64,000 bases of DNA, taken from contig JAERTG010000100.1 in assembly GCA_016845065.1 (NCBI GenBank), positions 107,360-171,359 of the forward strand, written 5' to 3'. The position numbers and the translations under genes were made by a program. The stretch is from Fidelibacterota bacterium. GTDB taxonomy: Bacteria > Fidelibacterota > UBA8477 > JABMPR01. Shown piece by piece: positions 47,605-57,200 of the stretch. Each line of letters starts with the position of its first letter. Position 1 is the stretch's first letter. The notes beneath the pieces were generated by a model. That model was not told where the DNA came from. It searched no databases and saw nothing but the letters and a program-made list of their open reading frames with translations.

Positions 47605-48663
47605 TTAATCGTTCCACTCCGCTTTGAAAATATGTGTGGCTCTGGGATTATCTGCGTCACGATTAGAAGCAAATGCCATATATTTTCCATCTGGGCTAAA
47701 CATGGGAAAACTATCAAAATATGTATTGTTGGTGAGTCTTTTTAGACCCGTACCATCAATCGCCACCATGTATAATTCAAAATTATGACCGAAGGCACCT
47801 GCCTCTTCATTCCAGTCATCCATATTGGATGAGAAAACAACATGCTTCCCATCAGGATGCCAGGACGGTGCCCAGTTAGTGGCTCCATTGTCCGTCAATC
47901 GTACTTTGTTCTGACCATCGACATCCATTGTATAAATTGATAAAGGTACAGCCTCAACCTGGTTCAGAGCCATATTTTCCTGCCATCGTAAGGTATCTTC
48001 AGCATTTTCAGGATACCAGGCACGCCAGACTATCTTTTTTGCATCAGGGCTAAAATAAGGTCCTCCATCGTAACCAAGGTGATTTGTGACTCGTTGGACA
48101 TCTGATCCATCCATATTCATTGTGAACAATTCGAGGTCATTGTCAATTTCAGAGGTGAAGATTACCCTGCCTGTTAGAAAGGAAACGGTTGGCTCAGCGT
48201 CATAGCCAGCATTCTCCCTGATTCGTACCAGATCAGTTCCATCTGGATTGGCTGAATAGATATCATAGGGAAATAGTGGCCAGAGGTATTTATTGCCCTG
48301 GGGCCTGGGTCTGGGTGGGCAACTGTCCACGATACCAAAGGTAGACGCAAAAATTATTCTGTCCTTCTCCATGCTATAGTAGGAACAAGTATTTGCACCA
48401 AGCTCGGGACTCACCATATGCTGATCACTGCCGTCTGCATTCATGACATAGATTTTATCACAACCATTCCCATCGCGCTTGCTCTGAAAGATAATCTGCT
48501 GACCGTAAGGTCCCCAATATGCTTCTCCATTGTCACCCTTGAAGGTCAATTGCTCTACGTTGGAAAGCCCAAATGGCTTTTCCTCAACAACGAGTTCCTG
48601 CTGTGTGGTACAGCTAATCATTGCCACACTCAGCACCAATAATACGCTAAACTTTATTTTCAA
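47605..48663 (-). CDS. TolB-like periplasmic/lipoprotein with PD40 (WD40-like) beta-propeller repeats
   Basis: Lipobox-like signal (AMISCTT). Repeated PD40-type blocks (YWGPYGQQIIFQSKRDGN, YSANPDGTDLVRI, FSPDAKKIVW, WHPDGKHVVFSSN, FSPDGKYMAFASNRD). Confidence 0.7.
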   Translation of the reverse strand: MKIKFSVLLVLSVAMISCTTQQELVVEEKPFGLSNVEQLTFKGDNGEAYWGPYGQQIIFQSKRDGNGCDKIYVMNADGSDQHMVSPELGANTCSYYSMEKDRIIFASTFGIVDSCPPRPRPQGNKYLWPLFPYDIYSANPDGTDLVRIRENAGYDAEPTVSFLTGRVIFTSEIDNDLELFTMNMDGSDVQRVTNHLGYDGGPYFSPDAKKIVWRAWYPENAEDTLRWQENMALNQVEAVPLSIYTMDVDGQNKVRLTDNGATNWAPSWHPDGKHVVFSSNMDDWNEEAGAFGHNFELYMVAIDGTGLKRLTNNTYFDSFPMFSPDGKYMAFASNRDADNPRATHIFKAEWND

Positions 48664-48704
48664 TTTACACTCCTGATTTTGTTTTTTTGTGAATCTGAAA
48701 AAAC

Positions 48705-49892
48705 CTATTTCTCTTCCAATTCAACACGATACAAAAGAACAGCATTGTGAATATGAATTGCAAATAGATCTTTTCCAATTTGAGATAATTTTGGTAATGT
48801 AGTTGTCCAGCTCCCAAATGAGCTGCGATGGGCGATCTGTCCCGTTTTACTCACACCTTCCAGCTCGAAATTTCGGTAGGCCTGTACCCCACTCTCAGTA
48901 AAAAAAGGTTCATAACGTATATAGAGGAACAAACCCCAGTTGGCGAGATAGTCAGCATCACTGATGGTAGATAAATCAATGGGGTGGTAACTTGAAATAA
49001 GCGAACCGTCTCCAAGATTAACAACATTCAAGTCTTTTTCGGAGACAACAAATGCCATCTCTCGTCCAAGTGAACTAATCTCCCAGGTCTTCCAGGGGAA
49101 CTGGGCCATGATTCGTTCTCTATTAAATAGAGTCAGGTTCGACTCAAAACCGTCATGAATCTCCAGAAAGTAATAATCTGTGCCTGGCACAGGTTCAAGA
49201 CCAACAAGTCGTCCCGGGACACTTACAGGGTTCGTCAGCAATTTGTCATGATTCCAGAGGTGAATATCGACAATTGACATGGAGTCGGGCTCGTCGGGCA
49301 TTAGGCAAGAGGAAGCCGTAATGAATTCATTCCGGTTAATCAACTTTGCCATCCTGAGATTTATTCCACATTTATCTTGATCACCGGGCACTACATTCTC
49401 CAAATAGAGTAGCGTGTCCTCATTGCCCAGCTCGAGAATCCAGGGTTGATCTTCCTGTGTGAGTAGAATCGTACCGTGAGTCGTGAGCTTTGAATTGAGT
49501 TTTCCCTCGCCCAAAGGGACACCATGAACCAGTGTGTAGTCTGGATTACCCTGATAATCATAGACCTGAAATGAGTAGAGTCTCTGGGGATTAAATGCAT
49601 CGATTGACTCGTTCTCCTGAATCAACACAAAGCTGGAAAGATCCTGATTTACTTTGAACTTATCATTTGGTGTGCGGTGGATTTGGATGACATGGTTGCC
49701 AAGACTGTCATAATAGGAAATCTGATTCTCGGTGATGGTATACATGATGGGAAAACCATTGGTGTTTGACCTGAATATGACCTCTTCAAGAGGGGTGTCA
49801 AATGTCCATTGGGCATATGGCTCAATATGCAAGACATCAGCTCTAGCAAGTTGTAGCAAAGTTAAAAAAAATACGAGATACCTAATTATCAC
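48705..49892 (-). CDS. Secreted hypothetical protein (395 aa)
   Basis: N-terminal signal peptide. No recognisable domain. Lies in the T9SS-linked operon. Confidence 0.5.
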   Translation of the reverse strand: MIIRYLVFFLTLLQLARADVLHIEPYAQWTFDTPLEEVIFRSNTNGFPIMYTITENQISYYDSLGNHVIQIHRTPNDKFKVNQDLSSFVLIQENESIDAFNPQRLYSFQVYDYQGNPDYTLVHGVPLGEGKLNSKLTTHGTILLTQEDQPWILELGNEDTLLYLENVVPGDQDKCGINLRMAKLINRNEFITASSCLMPDEPDSMSIVDIHLWNHDKLLTNPVSVPGRLVGLEPVPGTDYYFLEIHDGFESNLTLFNRERIMAQFPWKTWEISSLGREMAFVVSEKDLNVVNLGDGSLISSYHPIDLSTISDADYLANWGLFLYIRYEPFFTESGVQAYRNFELEGVSKTGQIAHRSSFGSWTTTLPKLSQIGKDLFAIHIHNAVLLYRVELEEK

Positions 49893-49899
49893 GGCTCAC

Positions 49900-52041
49900 C
49901 TATTTAAGCAAAACTATTTTTTGTGTCTTACTGTGTGCTTCGCCTTGAAGCAGCTGTACAAAATAAGCGCCGCTAGGGAGACTTATCCCATTATTATTTT
50001 TTGCATTCCAGGTCCAATGATAACTTCCAGGTATATCACTCCCCAATTTTGCATCAACCACCTGACTACCACTGATATCATAAATGAGTATTCTAGCACC
50101 AGAGTGCTGATTCAAATGGTACTCAATATTGACTGAAGCGTTAAATGGGTTCGGATATATTCTAGATATGGACATTTGTTGCGGCACTTGAGTATCTCTC
50201 AGGTCACTGGTTCCATCGAAGTACTGGAGGACACGGCCAACCAGCTCAGCGCGTTGAGTCTCTGTGTCAATGGTTTCGAAGGCCAAACCCATGACAAACG
50301 TTCCTGAGCTATTATCCAGAAAGCTCACTGCTGCATTCAAGCCATTCCCATATTGAAGGGCTATTTCTCCATTTGATGATACACCAAAATGATCAGGCCA
50401 ATCCTCTTCATAGGGACTGGTTCCATAATTAAAACTGATATCAGAAAAGTGAGGACCTACACCATTCACGGAGGGGTGATTACCATCATCACCCAGGTAG
50501 GTTATGTGCAAGGTTTCGTTCAAAAAAGCAATATCACTAGGAGATCCAACACTGAGATCATAGCCAATCTCTGCTCCAGACGCAAACAAGTAGCCACCTC
50601 CACCCAGATATTCAGAAATTACATTTTGCTCAGATGAGCTAAATGTTTCAGATGTTCTGCTATCATCCCCTAGAAACCAGAATACTGATGAGTAATCTTC
50701 GAGACTCTGAGCTTCTGTCACCCATTCATTGCTAGCCGATGCTATTGCGGCATCTGAACCGCTATTCACAATTGCTTCCGAATAGTATGTTGCGAAATCA
50801 TGTTGGATCGAGGTCCATGAACCATTTGTGCGATCAAAACCATCTACTATGAGAATTGTAGGTTGGGCGGCACTAAGACGTGCCCCATATGTGTCTGAAT
50901 ACCCACTACGATTCGGAATGGGTGCAGTATCCACTGCCAATAATCGAAATTGGATATATGAGTTTTCCGGAAATTCTTCTACCGTAAAACTAGTCAAATT
51001 CGAAGTGAGAATATCCGGCCCGTGATTCGAACTCCAGGTTGTTCCATTAAAAGAGAATTCCAGAATGTATCCACCAAGATCAGGATCATTCGGGCCTTCC
51101 CATTCCAGATATAACTGACCATCTGCGTTGGGTCCTACATAGGTGAAGTTGGGTTGACCGGGTGGAAGTAAGTCAACATCACTGAGTTGAACACGGACAT
51201 AGGTCGTATCCCAATTGTCGCGAGTATCTGAGCTCATGACAGATATGACATAGGGACCTGGTTCATAAATTGTACAGTCGAGATAGTCATTTGCTGTGAT
51301 TCGATTGGTGACAATATATCTGTATATACTCGTACTGGAGCCAGGCGCATAAACTCGGTTGATGTTTGAATTGGAATACAGCTCATCAGCTTCGAACCAA
51401 AAATGTGGTCCACGTAAAACTTCAGACGTGTCTGATGAGTGTAATGCCCATCCAATAGTGTAGATGCCGTTGTTCATATCAATACTGGACCATAGATCTG
51501 TTGTGTCAGCTGCCTGTGCGATAATATCCACATGTCCGCTGAGTGTTACTCCAGGAAAAGCTGCAGAGCTACCATCTCTAACAAATTGAATGATTGGAGA
51601 CCGGGGATGATAGGGATCCACAAAAGGTGTGAGTTTCCCCGGTAAAAGTGGGTTACCGGTGGGGTGTCCGCTTGCACCACCCCCATAGTTAAGATGAATA
51701 TGAGCATAACTGTCTGTATGACCCACCACTGCTCCCTGAGCGACGGTATTTCCTACTTGAAGTCCTGCCAGAGGAATTACATGGACATAGGCAAAATCTT
51801 CGACACGAATCCAATCCGACCCAATACCAGTCACGGTGCCAGCCATGATGCTCAGGGCATTTTCACCAGGAGCTAAGGGCATATCGGTACCATTGTGAAA
51901 ATGGTCCCTGTCTTCTCGGCATTCATCAAATGTAGCAGATATGCGATGTTGTTGATCCATGGGTGCCATGGGCCATGGGAAGTTGTTTATCTGAGCCATA
52001 AGACTCAGAGGCAGCAGAATAAGAAGAGTTTTAAGTGGCAT
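49900..52041 (-). CDS. Secreted M23/LytM-family metallopeptidase with FN3-like domain and canonical T9SS C-terminal sorting domain
   Basis: M23 motifs (HNGTDMP...AG and AHIHLNYG). FN3-like block (PPGQPNFTYVGPNADGQLYLEWEGPNDPDLGGY). C-terminal domain of about 85 aa (IYPNPFNASVNIEY...GAYFVQLL...KIVLLK) matches the T9SS type-A CTD pattern. Confidence 0.8.
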   Translation of the reverse strand: MPLKTLLILLPLSLMAQINNFPWPMAPMDQQHRISATFDECREDRDHFHNGTDMPLAPGENALSIMAGTVTGIGSDWIRVEDFAYVHVIPLAGLQVGNTVAQGAVVGHTDSYAHIHLNYGGGASGHPTGNPLLPGKLTPFVDPYHPRSPIIQFVRDGSSAAFPGVTLSGHVDIIAQAADTTDLWSSIDMNNGIYTIGWALHSSDTSEVLRGPHFWFEADELYSNSNINRVYAPGSSTSIYRYIVTNRITANDYLDCTIYEPGPYVISVMSSDTRDNWDTTYVRVQLSDVDLLPPGQPNFTYVGPNADGQLYLEWEGPNDPDLGGYILEFSFNGTTWSSNHGPDILTSNLTSFTVEEFPENSYIQFRLLAVDTAPIPNRSGYSDTYGARLSAAQPTILIVDGFDRTNGSWTSIQHDFATYYSEAIVNSGSDAAIASASNEWVTEAQSLEDYSSVFWFLGDDSRTSETFSSSEQNVISEYLGGGGYLFASGAEIGYDLSVGSPSDIAFLNETLHITYLGDDGNHPSVNGVGPHFSDISFNYGTSPYEEDWPDHFGVSSNGEIALQYGNGLNAAVSFLDNSSGTFVMGLAFETIDTETQRAELVGRVLQYFDGTSDLRDTQVPQQMSISRIYPNPFNASVNIEYHLNQHSGARILIYDISGSQVVDAKLGSDIPGSYHWTWNAKNNNGISLPSGAYFVQLLQGEAHSKTQKIVLLK

Positions 52042-53213
52042 TACCGGCTTATCTCAAGCCATTCATAGTTCGTTCCTATGAAGAATCGGTCACCATCATT
52101 TTGAACTTGAAATAGTTTGGGAAAACGGGGATCGATTTGTACATCGGTGTTTTCTAGAGACTGAGGAAAAAAGATTTGTGCGAAGTGTGTATTTCTTTTG
52201 GCAAAGAAATCTGCGGCAACACGAATGATTGCTACCTCACCGCGGTTGTTAACTGACAATCCTAAACAAATGCGATTATTGTTGTCAAATCTAATTTTTT
52301 CAACTCGTTTGAAGTTCAGATCAAACAGCTGAATGTATTCATGACTGCTAAGGACTGCGAGATAGCGGCCATTGGCAGATAATTTAAGCTCATGACCATA
52401 ATTCTCATTATTCCAGAGCATCTTCCCATCACTGGTAAGTTCAACAATCATGGGTTTCATTTCCTGATCAACTGCGGAATAATCGTAGCCACTGACGAAG
52501 AAGCGTTGATTTTGAAAAACCAATTTCTGCAAATAGGTAAATGGTAAATAAGCAGTTTTCTGTTCACGACCGTTGCTGTTTATGCGAATAAACAGAGATT
52601 TTCCAGCTGGACCACCATTAAATCCAGGTCGTTCAAGTAATATGTAGCATTGATCCCCAATCCACTGCAAGAGAACATTGCGCTCCATACTCATCTCCCC
52701 ATCATCTTCATACAACTGTCCTTCTGAGATGAGGTTACCAGATTCATAGAACCAGATCAAAGCCTTTACTGGATCCACGAGGGCGAGGATGCCCTTATCA
52801 GATATTGCAGATACCAGCGGTTTGAGATCTGCATCAGAACCTCGATTTACTGTATAAAGCAATTCGGAGTGATCATCCAACACGAAATAGTCTGAATACC
52901 GTTTGTTGTTTTTTATTTCACCCAAATCCTGGAGGCGTGAAACAAGTCGATACTCCCCATTTGGTGAGAGGGTAATTGTGGATTCTGGATCATAAGCAGA
53001 TATTCTTCTAATCGATTGATTATCAATGGAATACTTAGCACTACTTGAAGTATAATATAGTGGACGTCCATCCACCGATACCCATGAAATAGCGGCATCA
53101 TCGACTTCAATAATTTGATCTATCTGGAATGCAGATACCCCCCCGGATAGCATTATCAACAGAGCTAATAAAGACGCATTGCTAATTTTCATTGGCTTCC
53201 TTCTCTCCTTCAA
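52041..53213 (-). CDS. Secreted hypothetical protein (390 aa)
   Basis: Signal peptide (LLALLIMLSGGVSA). No recognisable domain. Stop overlaps the M23 gene start by 1 nt. Confidence 0.5.
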   Translation of the reverse strand: MKERRKPMKISNASLLALLIMLSGGVSAFQIDQIIEVDDAAISWVSVDGRPLYYTSSSAKYSIDNQSIRRISAYDPESTITLSPNGEYRLVSRLQDLGEIKNNKRYSDYFVLDDHSELLYTVNRGSDADLKPLVSAISDKGILALVDPVKALIWFYESGNLISEGQLYEDDGEMSMERNVLLQWIGDQCYILLERPGFNGGPAGKSLFIRINSNGREQKTAYLPFTYLQKLVFQNQRFFVSGYDYSAVDQEMKPMIVELTSDGKMLWNNENYGHELKLSANGRYLAVLSSHEYIQLFDLNFKRVEKIRFDNNNRICLGLSVNNRGEVAIIRVAADFFAKRNTHFAQIFFPQSLENTDVQIDPRFPKLFQVQNDGDRFFIGTNYEWLEISR

Positions 53214-53243
53214 ATTCGATTATCAGAATATGAGAAACACCGG

Positions 53244-54284
53244 TTAAAATTCCAAACTTATACTAAAGCGACGAGTATCATTCAATATTCCCCAATCACC
53301 ATAGGCAAGATCCAGTTTAAAACGAAGGTTGCGGGCGATAAGAAAATTTACACCTCCCCCAACATTAAACCCTTCTGGAGAAAGGGTGTTACCATCTTCA
53401 TCCACATCATCAAGATAGAATGTCTGACCAGCTCTGAGGAAAGCCAAATCCATTAGATTGAATTCTCCACCAATACTAACACTCTCAGAATAGTTGTTGG
53501 GATGAGCAGCATCTACAGCCAGTGTGAGCTTACCGTGACGTATTTTCACTACATCTGCCGCCAAACCAACCCTGAAAGTTAGAGGAAGTGACCAGTAGTC
53601 TGTGTCGAGGTGGGCATTGATGCGGGAATTGTTACCTTCCTGATCGGGAGCAACATCAACCTCGATCAGTGTGTCATCCCCCTTCAACTGCATTTTACCA
53701 CCGAAGTTTGACACGCTCATGCCAACTCTCAGGTCTCTGAACTGAGTTTTGAAGGTGGTTCCGAGATCCACAGCTACTGAGCTGGCTTTCATATGCCAGA
53801 TACGTTCCTCAATATATTTCACATTAGCGCCGAAAGTAAATCGATCCGTAAACTTTCTGCCCCATCCTAGGGTTGCCGATAGATCAGTAGCTCCGAAGCG
53901 TTCTCCAGTACCATCTGGTTGGTCAATCGTGGTGACATCCATTTCTTCAATGGAGATACTGGTCAGGGCTACACCAACAGTACCCAAATTACCCATGGGG
54001 AAGGCAGCTGATACATTGTTAAAACTAATACCTGCCAGCCAATTGGTCTGGATAAAACTCACTTCGCTCTTATTCATCAGAGCCAAGCCACCTGGATTCC
54101 AGTACAATGAATGGACATCATCAACTACAGCAACATACGCATTACCCATAGAAGTACCCCGAGCTCCGATTCCAATTTCCAGGAATGACGCAGCTGTGGT
54201 ACCCCGTTTTGAGACAGCCTGTGTGGTTGTGACCAATAATAGGAAGATGATTGCGATACGAATGGAGTTTCTTGATAGTTTCAT
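53244..54284 (-). CDS. PorV/PorQ-family (FadL-like) outer-membrane beta-barrel protein, copy B
   Basis: After the signal peptide: GTTAASFLEIGIGARGTSMGNAYVAVVDDVHSLYWNPGGLA, the conserved N-terminal block of T9SS PorV/PorQ-type proteins. Beta-barrel-like alternating pattern and a C-terminal aromatic (F). Paralogous to 62569..63615. Starts 9 nt after the stop of the giant CTD protein. Confidence 0.6.
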   Translation of the reverse strand: MKLSRNSIRIAIIFLLLVTTTQAVSKRGTTAASFLEIGIGARGTSMGNAYVAVVDDVHSLYWNPGGLALMNKSEVSFIQTNWLAGISFNNVSAAFPMGNLGTVGVALTSISIEEMDVTTIDQPDGTGERFGATDLSATLGWGRKFTDRFTFGANVKYIEERIWHMKASSVAVDLGTTFKTQFRDLRVGMSVSNFGGKMQLKGDDTLIEVDVAPDQEGNNSRINAHLDTDYWSLPLTFRVGLAADVVKIRHGKLTLAVDAAHPNNYSESVSIGGEFNLMDLAFLRAGQTFYLDDVDEDGNTLSPEGFNVGGGVNFLIARNLRFKLDLAYGDWGILNDTRRFSISLEF

Positions 54285-54293
54285 GTCAACCTC

Positions 54294-57200
54294 CTACTTA
54301 ATCACTGCAAATTTGCTGACATGATTACCAATTCCAGGTGCTTCTACGTGGTATAGATACACGCCATAGGCAATCTCCAATCCATCTCTAGACAGGAGAT
54401 TCCAGGATTCAGCACCATCCCATATTTCAGCATTATGATTGATGGAATTCACAAACTTTCCACTCAGGGTATAAATACTGATCGTACATTCCGGAGGCAA
54501 ATTGATGAAGTCTATCTTGCGCACTCCCCGTCCAGAATCATAAAGATGCTGTGGTTCCCAGGAGGCTGTTACCACATAAGGATTTGGTACCACTGAGATA
54601 TCCTCCAGAAGGCTTGAGGGAGCGTTCACATCGATATCACCACCTGTGGCAGAGAAGGTCAGCACATCATGAGCAGAGAAGGGTTTTCTCGACTTGACGA
54701 TGAATTGATCACCAGGTTCTGGAGCCCAGTTATCCCATACACCATCCTTCAATCTTGCTACTGAATTTTCAGTACCAATCCAAATCGCTCCATCGTCAGT
54801 TTGATTTATGCACTGAAGAAGGTTAGTGCCAAATGCGGCTACATCATCCTTGGTATAGGCAGAGTAGACGGTATCAACACCATTGAAGTCAATTACGTTG
54901 TAACCTTTTTTGGTAACAAGATGGACTTTTCCATCTGAGGCAACTATGAGATCATTCACTTTTCTATCTAGTATGCTATCTTTATTTGCATAGGTAACAC
55001 TATCCAGGGCAAAGTTGTAGATTACCAACCCTTTGTCCTTAGTACCAATAAATAGTTCGGCCTGGTTGGTAGCGAGGGAAATAATTTTATCAGTTGGTAG
55101 GTTAGAATTAGTCTTGTTTAAATACCAGAAGCTAGTATTGGATGGTTGGTAAAACTCAATTCCTTCTGATTGGGTACCGACAACAATAGTTCCATCATCC
55201 AGAGAAATCAATTCTGTGGATGCATTTTGTAATACACCTGTCATTACTGAGTCTCCACTAATGGTATTGAACTCCCCATTATTGAAATTGACAGAGGTGA
55301 TTGCATTTACACCCCAAATCTCTCCTATTTGAGTCTGGTGCCAATCCCATCGAAAGATCCCTTTTGATGAAATGGACCATAAAATGCCATTTTTGTCCTC
55401 CAAAACTCTATGAAATTGGAGATATTCATTCTTCACACCTTCAGAATTATCAGCATCAACTACAAGATCAATTTGGTAATTCTGCCAACCATATTGATTG
55501 TGAACACTCAATCCTCCCGTGGATCCCACCATTATGTTGCCAGAAATATTATAAGATATATCCAAAACATTGTTGGTAAGTAGACCCGCATCATCTTTTA
55601 TGTTACCCCAGGTTTCTCCATCATATAAACCAAGGCCCTGACTTGCAGTGGCAAAAACAGTAAAGTCATCCCATTGAGCAATACGATTCACATTACCAAC
55701 CTTGGACTGACTCACCATTTTCCAGGTCACACGATCTTCGCCACCAGCTAAAATGGTGGGATAAATCACAGAACCAGGTCTGAGGGTCGTATCCGACAGA
55801 GTCTGAGCTATTAATCGCACTGGAAGATCATTGGTGAGATCTCTCATGCTGAATGCCATCCGTTTGTTCAGATAGATAGATGTATCAGTAACTGTCGGAT
55901 TGATGGTCAATTGATAATCAAAGGGAACTAATTTGAGGTCAACGTTATTATGTCGTTCCGGATAGAGATTGATTTCATAGTTCAAACCGGTTCTCATCCA
56001 CCCAGTTTCCTGTTCATTCAATGCAATCACATCATTGGTAACATTTATCTTGAATCCCTCTGTGACCATACCTCGTCCCTCTCCTGAAAAGTTGGTCTGG
56101 TCTGAAAGTAATACATTACCAGTGGTCAAGTTTGTAAGCTGATAAGAGCTTGTGTGGCGCGGAACCTCATCAACATCATTGGCATCAAAATGAGGCTCAC
56201 CTGCATCTGGCATGGCGTTGGCCTGTGTTCCGTTTGGATTTGTCAACTCGTTCCAATTGTCCTGGTTGGGATCACCACCCAGATTTAGCTCCGTTTCAGA
56301 GCAGGGATTCAATGGATCCCCTGTTTCAAATGCATCATTACAGCCATCAGATCCAAGATCATCATAGATTTCTTCCCACCCATCCCATAAACCCAATGTT
56401 GGATACAGTGTGAAGGTCGTATCTGGAATCTCCACAAAATATTGGAGGTAAGTCGAATCGTCCACAGTCACGGTCTGCGTGTCAACGAATGAGGTGATAA
56501 AATTGAACCCGTTAAAAATAAAATTAGTCGTACTCTCGGTAATCCCCTGAAAGAGATGAGCCCCGGGAAGTGTAAATATCAGGGTATCAGAATTTGGGGG
56601 GATCATCATCTCCAGCGTACTATTCAGAGTAATAGTAGTTGAGTCATCAGTCCAGGTGCGCCAATCACCATCATTGTCGATACCATCTTCAGACCAATCC
56701 CTGAATGTGATCTGGTATTGATCCATATTTCTGATTTTGGATGGATCAACCACTTCAATTTCCAGTGATCCTGTTCCCAGCGTTGTGGCTGCATCAGCTA
56801 CAATTTCAGGTGGTAAATATGCCATTGCAGGTGCGTTTGGCACTGCAACACCAGTATTGATACCGAATTTTACGGGAATTCCAGAAGCATTGATCTCTAT
56901 CTTCTTGGTACACTCAGAAGGTGTAATGGGTGGTCTCAGTTCAATTTCAGAAATCCCGCGATCATAAAAATCATAGTCGAACCCATAATCATAGGCTACA
57001 ACTGCGTAATAATATGTTTGCCCGTTGTTAACCGTCGTATCTGTCCAGGAGTGCCTTATACCAGTATCAGTACCCATATCCAGGTGAATACCGTTCAGAC
57101 CATATGGATGTGGACCTACCAGGCCATCTGCCTTGTCAAATTGAGCAATGGGCTTGTTAAAGGTCTGATTGCCATAAGTATCCGTAATATTCCAGACCTC

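Noticed and set aside
53244-54284. Alternative call of the ~347 aa barrels as PorP/SprF family (SprB-SprF-like)
   Set aside because: PorP/SprF proteins usually carry a QQDPQF/SQY N-terminal block, which is absent here. The N-terminal block GTTAA.FL.IG.G.R...MG.A resembles PorV/PorQ instead. Still needs an HMM test.
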